A stretch of 64,000 nucleotides of DNA from an uncultured Spirochaetales bacterium (GCA_964485495.1 CAZAKE010000003.1:12864-76863), one strand, 5' to 3'. Shown: positions 1-9,992, numbered from the stretch's first letter. Notes: generated from the letters alone by a model not told the origin. Translations and numbers: made by a program.

Positions 1-1275
1 GAGCCGTTCGCCGTCTTTTACCGCGGTTGGGCCTCATACAGACTCGCCTACTATACTGAGGCGCTGGCCGAGTTCAGACATCTGATGGAATATTTTCCGG
101 AACATGAACTCGTTCCGCGATCCTATTATCTCGCGGGATGGTGTGCGTACAGTCTTCGGGATTTCAAGGCCGCGGAGCGGTATTTTGGAACGTATGCCAA
201 CCTGCGGGAGGGATCGAGCAACAGGATGGGAACTATGATGTTCGGCAAGAGCCTACTCGGGCAGGGAAAGCTCGACGAGGCCGCGGCCCTATTCAGAGAG
301 TTTGCATCGGCATACCCGAATTCCACCTTGGCCGACGATGCCCTGTTCGAGTATGCAGGTATTCAGGTGAATCTCGATAATCCGGAGACGGCGTCGCATT
401 CGTTCCTGAACCTGGCGGATCGGTATCCCGACAGTCCCCTCGCGGAGGAGGCACTCTATCGAAGGGGTGAGTTGTTGTATGAGGCGGGTCGATATTCGGA
501 CGCCAGAGACGCGTTTTATGAGCACCGTAGCCGGTATCCAAACGGTACGCTTTACGACGCTTCCCTCTACTGGGGTGGAATGGCGGCGGCGGAAGCCGGA
601 GAAGGATATGGGGCCCTCCTTCTATGGGAGAAGATCATCAATCAGTATAGAGCCAGTTCTTTCCGGTCCGATGCGCTGCGTCGGTCGGCCGAGGTCTACT
701 CCGAAGGGGGAGACCTGCGTATGTCGTTGCGGATGTACAGTGAGTTAATCGCCTCCTATCCCGAGGAGGCGGAGGCCGCGGATGCGGAGGCCAAAGCCGA
801 AAAGATCTCGTATCAGTTACTCGGGCAGAGCGATACGGAGGCGGAACTGTCGGTTATCATCGGCAGGGAGGGAGCCGAGAGCCCGAAGGGCCGTGATGCG
901 ATGCTCGAACTCGCCCGGTTCTACCTGTACAACCAGTCGGACAAGATGAACCAGGCTTTGACCCTGCTCGAGCGCGTCGTCGAAAAGAAAGAGGTCGATC
1001 CCGAACGTGCCGCCCGGGCGAATTATTACCTCGGTGAGTACTACTTCAAGCAAAATGACCCGGTCAAAGCAGGGAACCAATTCCTATTGGCAGCCTCGAT
1101 GTACACCGAAGATAAGGACCTGATGGCTATGTCCCTGTTTCGGGCGGTAGAGATGGCACTCGCTGCCGGAAAGCCTGCCGATGCACGGGCGATACAGCAA
1201 CGAATCGAGGAGAACTTTCCGAATTCCGAGTGGGCCGTGCGGGGAGCACAGCTATTAGAGGGGGTACGCAGATGA
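1..1275 (+). CDS. TPR repeat-containing protein, 5' end probably truncated at the window edge
   Basis: The reading frame is open from nt 1 into the listed ORF 85..1275. The protein has repeated A/Y/L-rich 34-residue TPR-like helical motifs (for example YYLGEYYFKQNDPVKA and ALYRRGELLYEAGRYSDA). Its stop overlaps the next start in an ATGA. Confidence 0.65.
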   Translation, partial: EPFAVFYRGWASYRLAYYTEALAEFRHLMEYFPEHELVPRSYYLAGWCAYSLRDFKAAERYFGTYANLREGSSNRMGTMMFGKSLLGQGKLDEAAALFREFASAYPNSTLADDALFEYAGIQVNLDNPETASHSFLNLADRYPDSPLAEEALYRRGELLYEAGRYSDARDAFYEHRSRYPNGTLYDASLYWGGMAAAEAGEGYGALLLWEKIINQYRASSFRSDALRRSAEVYSEGGDLRMSLRMYSELIASYPEEAEAADAEAKAEKISYQLLGQSDTEAELSVIIGREGAESPKGRDAMLELARFYLYNQSDKMNQALTLLERVVEKKEVDPERAARANYYLGEYYFKQNDPVKAGNQFLLAASMYTEDKDLMAMSLFRAVEMALAAGKPADARAIQQRIEENFPNSEWAVRGAQLLEGVRR

Positions 1276-2897
1276 GACGATCCAAACGATTCGAGTCGAT
1301 CTGCGTATGCCTGTGTCTGTCGCTTCTGTCTCTGTCCGTGACTGTGGCGCAATCATTCGAACCCGAAGAACCGGAGATCGTGCTTCCGCCGTTGCTGCTG
1401 GAGGTTGAGGATCTAAGCGAGGAGCAAGTCTCCGCCGTACTGCCGCAAGGGGATGAAAACCTGCTGCCGACGATCTCCGTCCCGCTTCCCGACGTCGAGG
1501 AGATCTCCTTGAGCGGTCTCGAGTTTCCGCTCGATGCCCTCCCCGATCAACCGCCCATTATCGGCGGAGCCGCTTCGAGAGCCAAGATCGGATCGGATTT
1601 CTTCAGCGAAGGCATGCTCGGTGGCGGTACGATGAGCCATATCTTGGGCGACATCAGCCTCTACAAGATCGGTTCGATGCCGAGTTTTTCCATGCGGTTC
1701 TCTCATTCGATTTTAGACGGATACGGGTTCAGGGAGCCCGGAAGCGGATTCAAGAACAGAGAGGACATCATTGAAGGGACCCTCACATTCGACGGGGAAA
1801 CGATACGGTCGGAGACCGAAGCCAACTACACCGATGTAGAGAACGGCCTGCAGCAGAACTCCGATTACGACTCCGTGACGCACAGATTCTATTATGTCGG
1901 TTCCAATTTCGTTTTCTCGACTCCGAAGATAGTGAAACTATATGCTGATGCTCAGTTCTTCGGGGTTAATATGATTCTGTCGGCCGACTCTCCGTCCAAC
2001 CAGCCTGAATTGAATCTCACTCCGGGCCTCGGCCTCGGATTCGCGTTTCCCGCGGTCGAGTTCGGAATCCGCGGAGAGTACGCGTTTCGCACCACCTTCG
2101 ATGACAACGATGTGTACCACTCGGCAGGCGCGAATGCGTTTATCGATGCAGAGTTGCCGCTTGCCATCGACCTGTCGGTATCCGGCGGTTTCTCCTGGGA
2201 TAGCCTTTCCGCCTTCTCCTTCCCCTTCGAGATATCGTTGCGGGGGATGGTTCGCGATTTCTTCATCTATGGAATCTCGGGGGGATACCGCATCCAACCG
2301 GCACCGTACGCCGAAATCTGGCGGGAATACCCCTTCTTCGATTATTCCGATCCCCTGGAGGACACCGAAGCGTGGTTCGCGGACGGCAATGTCGAGTTTC
2401 GGTTTCTCGATGCATTCTCGATAAAGGCCGGCGCCGAGTTTTCGGCGGTGTCGGGTGAGTTGACCCCGGCGTCTACAATCGATACCACCACGGGATTATA
2501 CAATGTATCGGTGACCGATGACGTATTTCACCTCTATCTCTCGACTGAATTCGCCTACAATCCCGGGAGTATCTTTTCGGGAAGCGTCGGTTGGAGAGGG
2601 CAGGTGCTGCAGGATCAGGATCCGTTGAGATACGAGCATACTCTTTCGCTGTCGCTGAACCTGCAATCACCGAACGACAGGGTAGGGGGAGCGCTAAACG
2701 CGAGTTTCCCCTTCGATCCGGGTTTTATCGTGCCCGATGTGTCCGCCTCCGGTTTCGTGAAGATCACCAACGGCGTGGTGCTCTGGATGGAAGCGCTCGA
2801 CGTCTTCGCCCCGTTGATCGATGATGGTCGTATCGAGTGGGGTGATTACGAAGGCCCCGGATTTCATTTCGCCCTGAAGCTGCGGATCTCCCTTTGA
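1272..2897 (+). CDS. secreted hypothetical protein, probable outer-membrane beta-barrel
   Basis: Internal start MRRSKRFESICVCLCLSLLSLSVTVAQS gives an N-terminal signal peptide. The rest of the protein is rich in alternating aromatic/Gly beta-strand-like sequence. It is the second gene of the TPR to ExbBD-TonB cluster. Confidence 0.5.
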   Translation: MRRSKRFESICVCLCLSLLSLSVTVAQSFEPEEPEIVLPPLLLEVEDLSEEQVSAVLPQGDENLLPTISVPLPDVEEISLSGLEFPLDALPDQPPIIGGAASRAKIGSDFFSEGMLGGGTMSHILGDISLYKIGSMPSFSMRFSHSILDGYGFREPGSGFKNREDIIEGTLTFDGETIRSETEANYTDVENGLQQNSDYDSVTHRFYYVGSNFVFSTPKIVKLYADAQFFGVNMILSADSPSNQPELNLTPGLGLGFAFPAVEFGIRGEYAFRTTFDDNDVYHSAGANAFIDAELPLAIDLSVSGGFSWDSLSAFSFPFEISLRGMVRDFFIYGISGGYRIQPAPYAEIWREYPFFDYSDPLEDTEAWFADGNVEFRFLDAFSIKAGAEFSAVSGELTPASTIDTTTGLYNVSVTDDVFHLYLSTEFAYNPGSIFSGSVGWRGQVLQDQDPLRYEHTLSLSLNLQSPNDRVGGALNASFPFDPGFIVPDVSASGFVKITNGVVLWMEALDVFAPLIDDGRIEWGDYEGPGFHFALKLRISL

Positions 2898-3022
2898 GTA
2901 AACGGCGGATCCGGTTTCGAGTGTTCACCTGATGGTCGCGGTTGTGAACCGATTCATAGTATGTTGGCCCATGATAATTCTACAGCCATCACGCCGGTGT
3001 ACGGCGTGTGAAGGAAGGAACG

Positions 3023-3646
3023 ATGTTTGATTTGATCTCTAAGGGTGGCCCCGTAATGGTGGTGATCCTCTTTCTCTCTTTTTTTGCTACCATAATCATC
3101 ATCGAACGGCTTCTTTTTTTCAGAAAGATCCGTGTCGACGAGGAACAGATGATAAACCGGCTTCGCTCGACCCTGGAGAAGGGGCATTATGACGAGGCTA
3201 TCAACATCTGTGAAAACAACCCATCACCGATTTCGAATCTCATGAAGGTCGGAATCGAGCATAGGCAGTATCCGGAAACCGTCATTAAGGATGCGATTCT
3301 CGGCGCTGCGAATCTCGAGATACCGAAGATGGAGCGATTTCTCACCGCACTCGGAACGATTGCTCACATCGCCCCACTGCTGGGACTTCTCGGGACGGTC
3401 ACCGGAAATATCGAGGCCTTCGGAGTACTCGGGAGCTTCGGAAATGTCGGTGATCCGGGAATACTTGCCGCCGGTATCTCGGAGGCGTTGCTGACGACGG
3501 CGGCCGGATTGATCGTCTCGATTCCCACGATCACTATCTATAATTTCTTGGTCAGTAAGGTCAATCACATAATCATCCGCATGGAAAACCGGGTGAACGA
3601 CATGGTGCTGCTCCTGGGAGGACAACGCGATGCAGATGAAGTTTAA
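3023..3646 (+). CDS. MotA/TolQ/ExbB family proton channel
   Basis: Begins MFDLISKGGPVMVVILFLSFFATIIIIERL. Three TM segments and the conserved C-terminal region LGLLGTVTGNIEAFGVL...AAGISEALLTTAAGLIVSIP are typical of ExbB/TolQ. Confidence 0.85.
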   Translation: MFDLISKGGPVMVVILFLSFFATIIIIERLLFFRKIRVDEEQMINRLRSTLEKGHYDEAINICENNPSPISNLMKVGIEHRQYPETVIKDAILGAANLEIPKMERFLTALGTIAHIAPLLGLLGTVTGNIEAFGVLGSFGNVGDPGILAAGISEALLTTAAGLIVSIPTITIYNFLVSKVNHIIIRMENRVNDMVLLLGGQRDADEV

Positions 3647-4046
3647 GCGCCGGCTGACTCCCTCCGCGACGGTCGATCTGATCCCGATGATCGATGTCGT
3701 CTTTCAGTTGGTGATCTTCTTCATGGTATCGAGCACCTTCATCCTCACACCCGGCATCAGTCTCGTGCTGCCGGAATCGAGTACGGCGGAGCCGGTGGCG
3801 ATGACGAAACTCGTCGTTACGGTTTCCGGGGAAAATGAGGTATATTTAAATAAGGAACGGTATGATCTGGAAGGGCTCTCCCTTGCGCTTGGATCGATAT
3901 CGGGAGATGCCCGTGAGCAGATCGGGACGGTAATAATAGAAGGTGACGAGGGGGTCTCCTATTCCGTTCTGATCTCCGTCCTGGACACGTTGCGGAAGAA
4001 CGGGTTCAGGGGAATAAACCTCCGAACCGTCGAGACGGAAGGATAG
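3630..4046 (+). CDS. ExbD/TolR family biopolymer transport protein
   Basis: N-terminal motif LIPMIDVVFQLVIFFMVSSTF with a single TM helix. Length 138 aa. Its start overlaps the upstream gene. Confidence 0.85.
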   Translation: MQMKFKRRLTPSATVDLIPMIDVVFQLVIFFMVSSTFILTPGISLVLPESSTAEPVAMTKLVVTVSGENEVYLNKERYDLEGLSLALGSISGDAREQIGTVIIEGDEGVSYSVLISVLDTLRKNGFRGINLRTVETEG

Positions 4047-4059
4047 CTTCGGGAGGCAT

Positions 4060-5430
4060 ATGCGAGACATCCTCAACATAAACGATAAGGAACGCTTAGG
4101 GGTGAGTGCGGCAGCCGCGCTCCTCCTGCACCTGCTCTTCTTCGTGATTCTCCACGCGGTTCCCGATGCCACCAGGAGTAGATTTCCCGAGTACTCCGGT
4201 CCCCTCACCGTTACCATTACGCCGCCCGTATCGTTGCAGGCGCCGGCCGCAGCGCGGGAGCGCCCCGAGGAAACGCGTGAGGTGAGACCCGAGCCGGAAC
4301 CGGTTCGTGAGCCCGTTGTCAGAGAGACCGAGCGAACCGGCCAGGTCGAACGGTCCGACGACGCGCCTACTCCTCGCCCGGAAGTATCGGCTCCTTCAGG
4401 CCCCCAAGAACGTACCACTCAATCGTCTCGTGACGATACCGTATCTGCGGAACGAGCGGCGGAATCGACGACCAGTTCCACCGGACGATCTACTTCAACC
4501 ACCCGAACCGCCAGGTCGGATAGTACGTCATCCAACGAAACCGTCTCCGAGGCCGAAAGGTTCGCCCAGATGTACCGGTTCGACTCGGCCGGCACCGATT
4601 CAAGTCGCCCCGACGATACCGTCAGGGCGGAATCGATACCGTTGCCCTCTGGTGGTACCGCTTCAAGCCAAGAGACCACCGATTCTTCGTCCGCTCCGGC
4701 TATGTCGGACAACGAGTTGCTCAGGATAGACCCCCGCGATCTGGGTCGTTCGAGCGAGCAGTCCACGGATACTCCGAGTTATGGATCGCCGACGACTTCC
4801 AGGACGGCCGAAGGTGTACCGGACGACACCACGTCGAAACCGGAGGTCTGGTCATCCGGCTCACGGATCATCTACGGAGACGAGACCTCGAGTACTCCCA
4901 CCTCGCCGGACGAACCGTCGACCGGCTCCACGTCATCAGGGAGTCGAACGGCCGACGATGGATCCATCATCGATTCCGATGTTCTCGATTCACTGGACAG
5001 GGCCCTCGATTCTTCGGGATCCGGCTCGGATGGATCGGGACAATCTTCTCAACCGTCCTCCCGTCAGGCTACGGTGGCTCGTGAGGAGACCAGAAGCGTG
5101 GAGATTGGGACTCCCGAGGCCAATACCGATGATCCGTTCGAAATCGAATTTGAGTCGACAGGTGCGAACAGGTCCCTCCTTTCGTGGGTCAAGCCGGACC
5201 TGGCGGGTGAACTCTTCAGGGATCTGCCTCCGAAAATCACGGTGAATGTGAACGGAACGCTCTCGCCCTCCGGATATCTCACCCGGTTGGAGATCGATCC
5301 GCCGATCGGGTATTCCGAAGTGGAAACCGCGGTCGTTACGGCGATGCGGTCATGGAAATTCGAGTCGCTTAAATCCGGAACCGGCTCGGAGGTGCAAGTT
5401 ACGATCCGATACGACATCGTCGTGAGGTGA
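4060..5430 (+). CDS. TonB/TolA-like energy transducer with a long Ser/Thr/Asp/Glu/Pro-rich linker
   Basis: N-terminal TM anchor (AAAALLLHLLFFVILHAV), Pro/Glu-rich spacer (PEPEPVREPVVRE), about 250 aa of low-complexity S/T/D-rich sequence, and a C-terminal TonB_C-like domain (SGYLTRLEIDPPIGYSEVETAVVTAMRSWKFES). It sits immediately after exbB/exbD homologs. Confidence 0.7.
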   Translation: MRDILNINDKERLGVSAAAALLLHLLFFVILHAVPDATRSRFPEYSGPLTVTITPPVSLQAPAAARERPEETREVRPEPEPVREPVVRETERTGQVERSDDAPTPRPEVSAPSGPQERTTQSSRDDTVSAERAAESTTSSTGRSTSTTRTARSDSTSSNETVSEAERFAQMYRFDSAGTDSSRPDDTVRAESIPLPSGGTASSQETTDSSSAPAMSDNELLRIDPRDLGRSSEQSTDTPSYGSPTTSRTAEGVPDDTTSKPEVWSSGSRIIYGDETSSTPTSPDEPSTGSTSSGSRTADDGSIIDSDVLDSLDRALDSSGSGSDGSGQSSQPSSRQATVAREETRSVEIGTPEANTDDPFEIEFESTGANRSLLSWVKPDLAGELFRDLPPKITVNVNGTLSPSGYLTRLEIDPPIGYSEVETAVVTAMRSWKFESLKSGTGSEVQVTIRYDIVVR

Positions 5431-5431
5431 T

Positions 5432-6175
5432 ATGAGGATACGGGCTGTCGCTTTCGATGTAGACGGGACCTTGTATCCCAATAGCCAAATGTTTTTACAC
5501 TCGCTTCCTCCATTTTTTTCTCATCCGCGACTCTTCATCGCCTTCGCCAGGGCCCGTTCCTCCGTGCGTGCGGCGGCCGATTCACGACGGCATGTTGAAA
5601 TCCAGGCTGAGAGGGTGGCCGCTGCGTTGCGTATCGGTCCGGCTGAGGCACAGGAGCGGATAGAGTCACACCTGTATCGCGGCTGGGAGCGGTCGTACCG
5701 GGGTATCCGGCCGTTCCCCGATGTGCGAAAGGCTCTCGAAGAGCTGCGTGCCACCGGAATTTCCTTGGCGGCTTTGTCCGATTTTCCGATCGGTAGAAAG
5801 CTTGAATATCTTGGTCTCGAAGATCTAGTAAAGACCGCGTTCTGTTCCGAGGAGACCGGATTCCTGAAGCCCCATCCGGCGCCTTTCGAGGCGCTGGCCG
5901 AACGGTTGGAGACACATCCGGATGAGATACTCTACGTCGGTAACAGCTATGAGAAGGATATCGTCGGAGCCCTATCGGCAGGGATGCATGCCGCGTGGGT
6001 AACCCGGGTTTGGGAATCGTCTCGTGGAGATACACCGATCCGCCGGCTGGACATGACGGAAAGTCTTTCGAGTGAATCTTCGTTGGTATTCAAGTTTCGG
6101 TCATACGGTGATTTCGTCTCACGGATAGCAGGGATACAGGGCGTCTCTCTCGGTGCAGGAAAATCGTCGAAGTGA
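5432..6175 (+). CDS. HAD-superfamily hydrolase
   Basis: N-terminal HAD motif I, AVAFDVDGTLY, and overall HAD phosphatase-like layout. The start is 2 nt after the TonB-like stop. Confidence 0.75.
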   Translation: MRIRAVAFDVDGTLYPNSQMFLHSLPPFFSHPRLFIAFARARSSVRAAADSRRHVEIQAERVAAALRIGPAEAQERIESHLYRGWERSYRGIRPFPDVRKALEELRATGISLAALSDFPIGRKLEYLGLEDLVKTAFCSEETGFLKPHPAPFEALAERLETHPDEILYVGNSYEKDIVGALSAGMHAAWVTRVWESSRGDTPIRRLDMTESLSSESSLVFKFRSYGDFVSRIAGIQGVSLGAGKSSK

Positions 6176-6323
6176 CTTCCAAAAATGTTCCTTTATGATA
6201 AAATTGTGAATAGTTCGTGTATTCGGTGATACTGAAAGACCGAATCGACGGGTTAGGTGCGTGGGGCGACCCTGCGCCGGCATTGGGTCTGAAGGTAAAA
6301 ACCGACAAAACTGGGAGAAAGCT

Positions 6324-9300
6324 ATGTTATTCACTATCGGGAACATTATCACCCTACTGATAGTTCTCGTCATCCTGGTCATTTTCCGCCAACTCGACCG
6401 CAACAACCGTTCAATAGACAAGGTCAGGCGGTATGGGCAGAAGGTGAAGGATGAACTCAACGGCTTCGTGGATGAAAAGACTCAGGAGGTCAAGAACGTC
6501 GCAATCGAGTTGGATGTGCATCAGAAGACCGGAAAGGAGATCCTGAAGCGCATATCCTCGATCGAGGGGAAGCTGAACGAACGTTCTGAAGACCTGGAGG
6601 GGGTACACGAGCGTATCGTCGAGTATGACACCGTCCTGGATGAACTCATCGATATGACCGCGAAGGTCGAGGAAAATCTCAAGCGGTTGCAGACCGAGTC
6701 GGAATTCGTGGATTCGGTGGGTCGCCGGCTCAAGGAATCGTCGGCACGGATGGGCCGAATCGAGAAGGGCATCCCATCACTCCGAGACGAGTTCGCCAAG
6801 GAGAACGAGAAGGCATTGAAGGAGTTGAGCGGCGAGGTGATTCGTCGTGTGAAGGCTCGTGCCATGAAGATCGAAGAGGACGTGAAGCACTCGGAGACCC
6901 GAGTGAAGGACTTTGCAGAATATTTGGACGGCCTCGAGGTTCGTAGGGATTCACTCGAAACAGAGACGATGCGCAGGATCGACAGCGGGATCGAGGATAG
7001 GCTGCAACGGGCAGAAGACTCGAACTCCCGTATTTTTCGAGAATTCGAGGAGGGCGTCGCAGACCTTCTCCAACGATCTACCGAAGCGGAGACACGGCTG
7101 TCCGAAGAACTGGACCGCAGGGTGGCTGAACTCGATGATGCCGTCGAACGAACCGATGTGACCATCGCCGGTAAACTCGAGGATTTTCAAGACAACGCCG
7201 ACGACATAGAACGGAAATATCAGCAGGTACTCAACGATGCGGCCACTCGGGGTACCGAGTTGGAGGATGAGATATTCCTGAGTCTGAAGGAACATGTGGA
7301 GACCCGTGCCCGGGAAACCGGGAAGGAGCTATTTGCGTCGCTGGCGAAGACTAGAGAGGAGATCGAGGCATCGAAAGAGGAGTTGGTAAATACCTTCGGT
7401 GAGACTCGTTCCGAACTCACCATCTGGCAGGCAAACCTTCAAAAACAGATGGACGAACAGGTCGGCCGGTTCGAGATAGATTTCAAGGCATTCGAAGGTG
7501 ATATTCGTACGCGCATGTCGGAGACCAACCAGCTGATCGAGAATACCGACGAGGAGCAGTCCGCGAGGCTCGAACGGCTCAAGGAGGAGCTTACGAGCAG
7601 GTCCGACGAGTTGCAGGAATCGCAGGGACGACGTCTTTCAGCGTTACAAGAATTCATCGAAGAAAAAGAAGATGAACTCAAGACCATTCTGGATGAACGG
7701 GAGTCGCAGATAACCGAGAAGGTCAGGCAGGCGGAGGAGCGAAACAAGACCCTCACCGAATCGGTCATGTCGAAGTTAGACCAGGATCTTGCCACATTCG
7801 AGAAGAACGTGACCGTGAAATTCGGCGAGATGGAGGAACAGGTCACCGATTATGAAGATTCACTGAGTTATCGATACACGAAGATCGAGGAGATCGGGGA
7901 AGACCTCGGCCATCTCGAGGAGAACCTGCGGAGTCTGATGGCCACGGAGATCGAGAAGATTGAGGTGTCGTTCAAGGAGTTTGCCGAGGGCATGAAGCAG
8001 GTCTACGTTGACGAGGAGTCGCAGACCGGCAAGCGATTCGATACCCTCAAGGCGGAGATGGCCGGACTCGAGCACGGTCTCGAAGAGCTCAAACAGAAGG
8101 CGTATGACAACGTGTCCGAGAAACTCCAGGTGTTCGAAGACGACTTTTTCTCCGATCTTCGGTCACGAAATCAGGGAATGCAGGAGCGTCTCGACGAGTG
8201 GCGGCGTGAGATCGAGAGCCGTCTCGCAACCATGGGTGAGGAACAGGCCGGTGAGCGTGATACAGTTGAGAAGGAGTACTCCGAAGAGCTCAGGGAACGG
8301 ATCTCGGAACTGCAGAATCGAACCTACCTTCAATACGAGAAGTTCGAAGATCAGGTCACCAGCTTTCAGGATCGGATCAACGAGCGAATAGTACACGTCG
8401 AACAATCGATGGACGGGTTCGAAGAGACTATGCGATCGGATATCTCGGAGGCCAAGACGTCGGCCAAGGCGATGTTCGAGAGTGAGTTTACCGAACACAC
8501 GACATTACTCGGTACCCTCATGAAGAAACAAGAGCGTGATGTGGAGAACGAGATAGGGGTTCTCCGGGAGAGCGTGGCCACGGCCAGGAAGGACGCGCTT
8601 GCCGTGTTGGAGTCCGCCGGCTCGGACGTCGTTGTGTGGCAGAACAAGGTCTTGCAGCAGATGAAGGAGGCCGAAGGTGATCTTACGAATCGGCTTACCA
8701 ACTTCAAGAGTGAAACCCTGGAAAACATCACCGTCATCAACGAAGATTTTACCAGTCAGAGAGAGGACCTCATCCTATCTACCCAGGAAGAGCGGAGCCG
8801 GCTCAAGAACGAGCTCAAGGAGATCGCCGAGAAGGTTGTCACCCTCGAAGCCGACCTGCGAAGTCGGACGGAGAATGCGCTCGAGACCTTCAATCATGAC
8901 TACGAGACCTTCATGCTCGATTTCCAGAAGCGCTCCAGAGAGATACAGGCGGAGATGGATCTGAAAATCCGTGATTTCAGATCCGGATCCCAAGATGTCA
9001 AGGATAAACTCGACCAAATTCAGGCGAAACTCTACGCCAAGGTAGAGGAGGATACCAAGGCTCTCTCCCTGACCCTGCAGGAGATCGACAAGAAACAGAA
9101 GAACTTCATCAGCCAGACGAAAATTTTCGATCGTGCCGATGCCCTGAAGATCGGCCTTCAAGAGAGTATAGAGGACCTGAAGGCCGAGGTGCTCCGGGTG
9201 GAAACGCAGAGTAAAGAGATCCGGGACGCCGACCGACGATTCCAGAAGATCAAGAAACTCGGAGAGGAGGTGAGTACGAAATTGAGTCGCTTTCTCGCCG

Positions 9301-9992
9301 AAAAACGACGGATCGAAGAGATGGAGGGCGACTTCAAGAAGCTGATAAACATCTCTCAAGCCGTGGATGTCAAGCTGGATCAGGTTACCGCCACCCATGA
9401 TACGCTTCAATCCATACAAGCCCGTATCCGACAGCTCGAAGAAGCCGAGAAGGCGGTCCAGCAGAAGTATGAGCGCCTGGAGAGGAAAGATGACGTATTG
9501 GACGCCACGGCAACAGGGGTGGACAAGAACTTCGAGAGCCTGCAGGCTCTCGAACGAGATCTCCGAGGGCTACGAGAGGAGGCCTCGGCACTTCCCGGCC
9601 AATTGTCCGAGCTGGAGGAGCGAATCACGATCCTGGGGAAGGACAAGGACAGGGTGGAATCCGCCGTGGTACAGCTGGAGTCACTGGAAACGATCCTGTC
9701 CGAGGTGGAGGATCGGATGGACTCGATGCAGCAGGCCAGGGAGTGGCTCGGTCGTACCGAGACCCGTCTCGGTGAGGTGAGTAAGCAGGCCGAAGAGCAG
9801 GTGAAGCTTCTCGGGACTCTGGTTAAGGAGGACGCCGGGTTCAGATCCAAGGAGCGAGGAGCCCCGTCTATGGACTCTCGCGAACTGGTGCGGCGTCTGG
9901 CGCATCAGGGATGGTCCGTACAGCAGATCGCCTCCCAGACGAAACTGAGTCAGGGAGAGGTCGAACTGATTCTGGAACTGCTACCCAAGTGA
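6324..9992 (+). CDS. giant membrane-anchored coiled-coil protein (about 1222 aa) with a C-terminal LuxR/sigma-r4-like HTH
   Basis: Start MLFTIGNIITLLIVLVILVIFRQL is preceded by GGAGAAAG and gives one N-terminal TM helix. About 1100 aa of E/K/L/R-rich heptad-like sequence follow, with no Walker motifs. The C-terminus RELVRRLAHQGWSVQQIASQTKLSQGEVELILELLPK resembles a GerE/LuxR or sigma-70 region 4 HTH. Confidence 0.75.
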   Translation: MLFTIGNIITLLIVLVILVIFRQLDRNNRSIDKVRRYGQKVKDELNGFVDEKTQEVKNVAIELDVHQKTGKEILKRISSIEGKLNERSEDLEGVHERIVEYDTVLDELIDMTAKVEENLKRLQTESEFVDSVGRRLKESSARMGRIEKGIPSLRDEFAKENEKALKELSGEVIRRVKARAMKIEEDVKHSETRVKDFAEYLDGLEVRRDSLETETMRRIDSGIEDRLQRAEDSNSRIFREFEEGVADLLQRSTEAETRLSEELDRRVAELDDAVERTDVTIAGKLEDFQDNADDIERKYQQVLNDAATRGTELEDEIFLSLKEHVETRARETGKELFASLAKTREEIEASKEELVNTFGETRSELTIWQANLQKQMDEQVGRFEIDFKAFEGDIRTRMSETNQLIENTDEEQSARLERLKEELTSRSDELQESQGRRLSALQEFIEEKEDELKTILDERESQITEKVRQAEERNKTLTESVMSKLDQDLATFEKNVTVKFGEMEEQVTDYEDSLSYRYTKIEEIGEDLGHLEENLRSLMATEIEKIEVSFKEFAEGMKQVYVDEESQTGKRFDTLKAEMAGLEHGLEELKQKAYDNVSEKLQVFEDDFFSDLRSRNQGMQERLDEWRREIESRLATMGEEQAGERDTVEKEYSEELRERISELQNRTYLQYEKFEDQVTSFQDRINERIVHVEQSMDGFEETMRSDISEAKTSAKAMFESEFTEHTTLLGTLMKKQERDVENEIGVLRESVATARKDALAVLESAGSDVVVWQNKVLQQMKEAEGDLTNRLTNFKSETLENITVINEDFTSQREDLILSTQEERSRLKNELKEIAEKVVTLEADLRSRTENALETFNHDYETFMLDFQKRSREIQAEMDLKIRDFRSGSQDVKDKLDQIQAKLYAKVEEDTKALSLTLQEIDKKQKNFISQTKIFDRADALKIGLQESIEDLKAEVLRVETQSKEIRDADRRFQKIKKLGEEVSTKLSRFLAEKRRIEEMEGDFKKLINISQAVDVKLDQVTATHDTLQSIQARIRQLEEAEKAVQQKYERLERKDDVLDATATGVDKNFESLQALERDLRGLREEASALPGQLSELEERITILGKDKDRVESAVVQLESLETILSEVEDRMDSMQQAREWLGRTETRLGEVSKQAEEQVKLLGTLVKEDAGFRSKERGAPSMDSRELVRRLAHQGWSVQQIASQTKLSQGEVELILELLPK

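Noticed and set aside
6521-9850. Several 100-214-aa antisense ORFs inside the coiled-coil gene (for example 6521..7165 -, 7439..7846 -, 8775..9419 -, 9407..9850 -)
   Set aside because: They are Ser/Arg-rich low-complexity translations antisense to a GAR-rich (Glu/Lys/Arg codon) gene. This is the typical artefact of reading a coiled-coil gene on the opposite strand.
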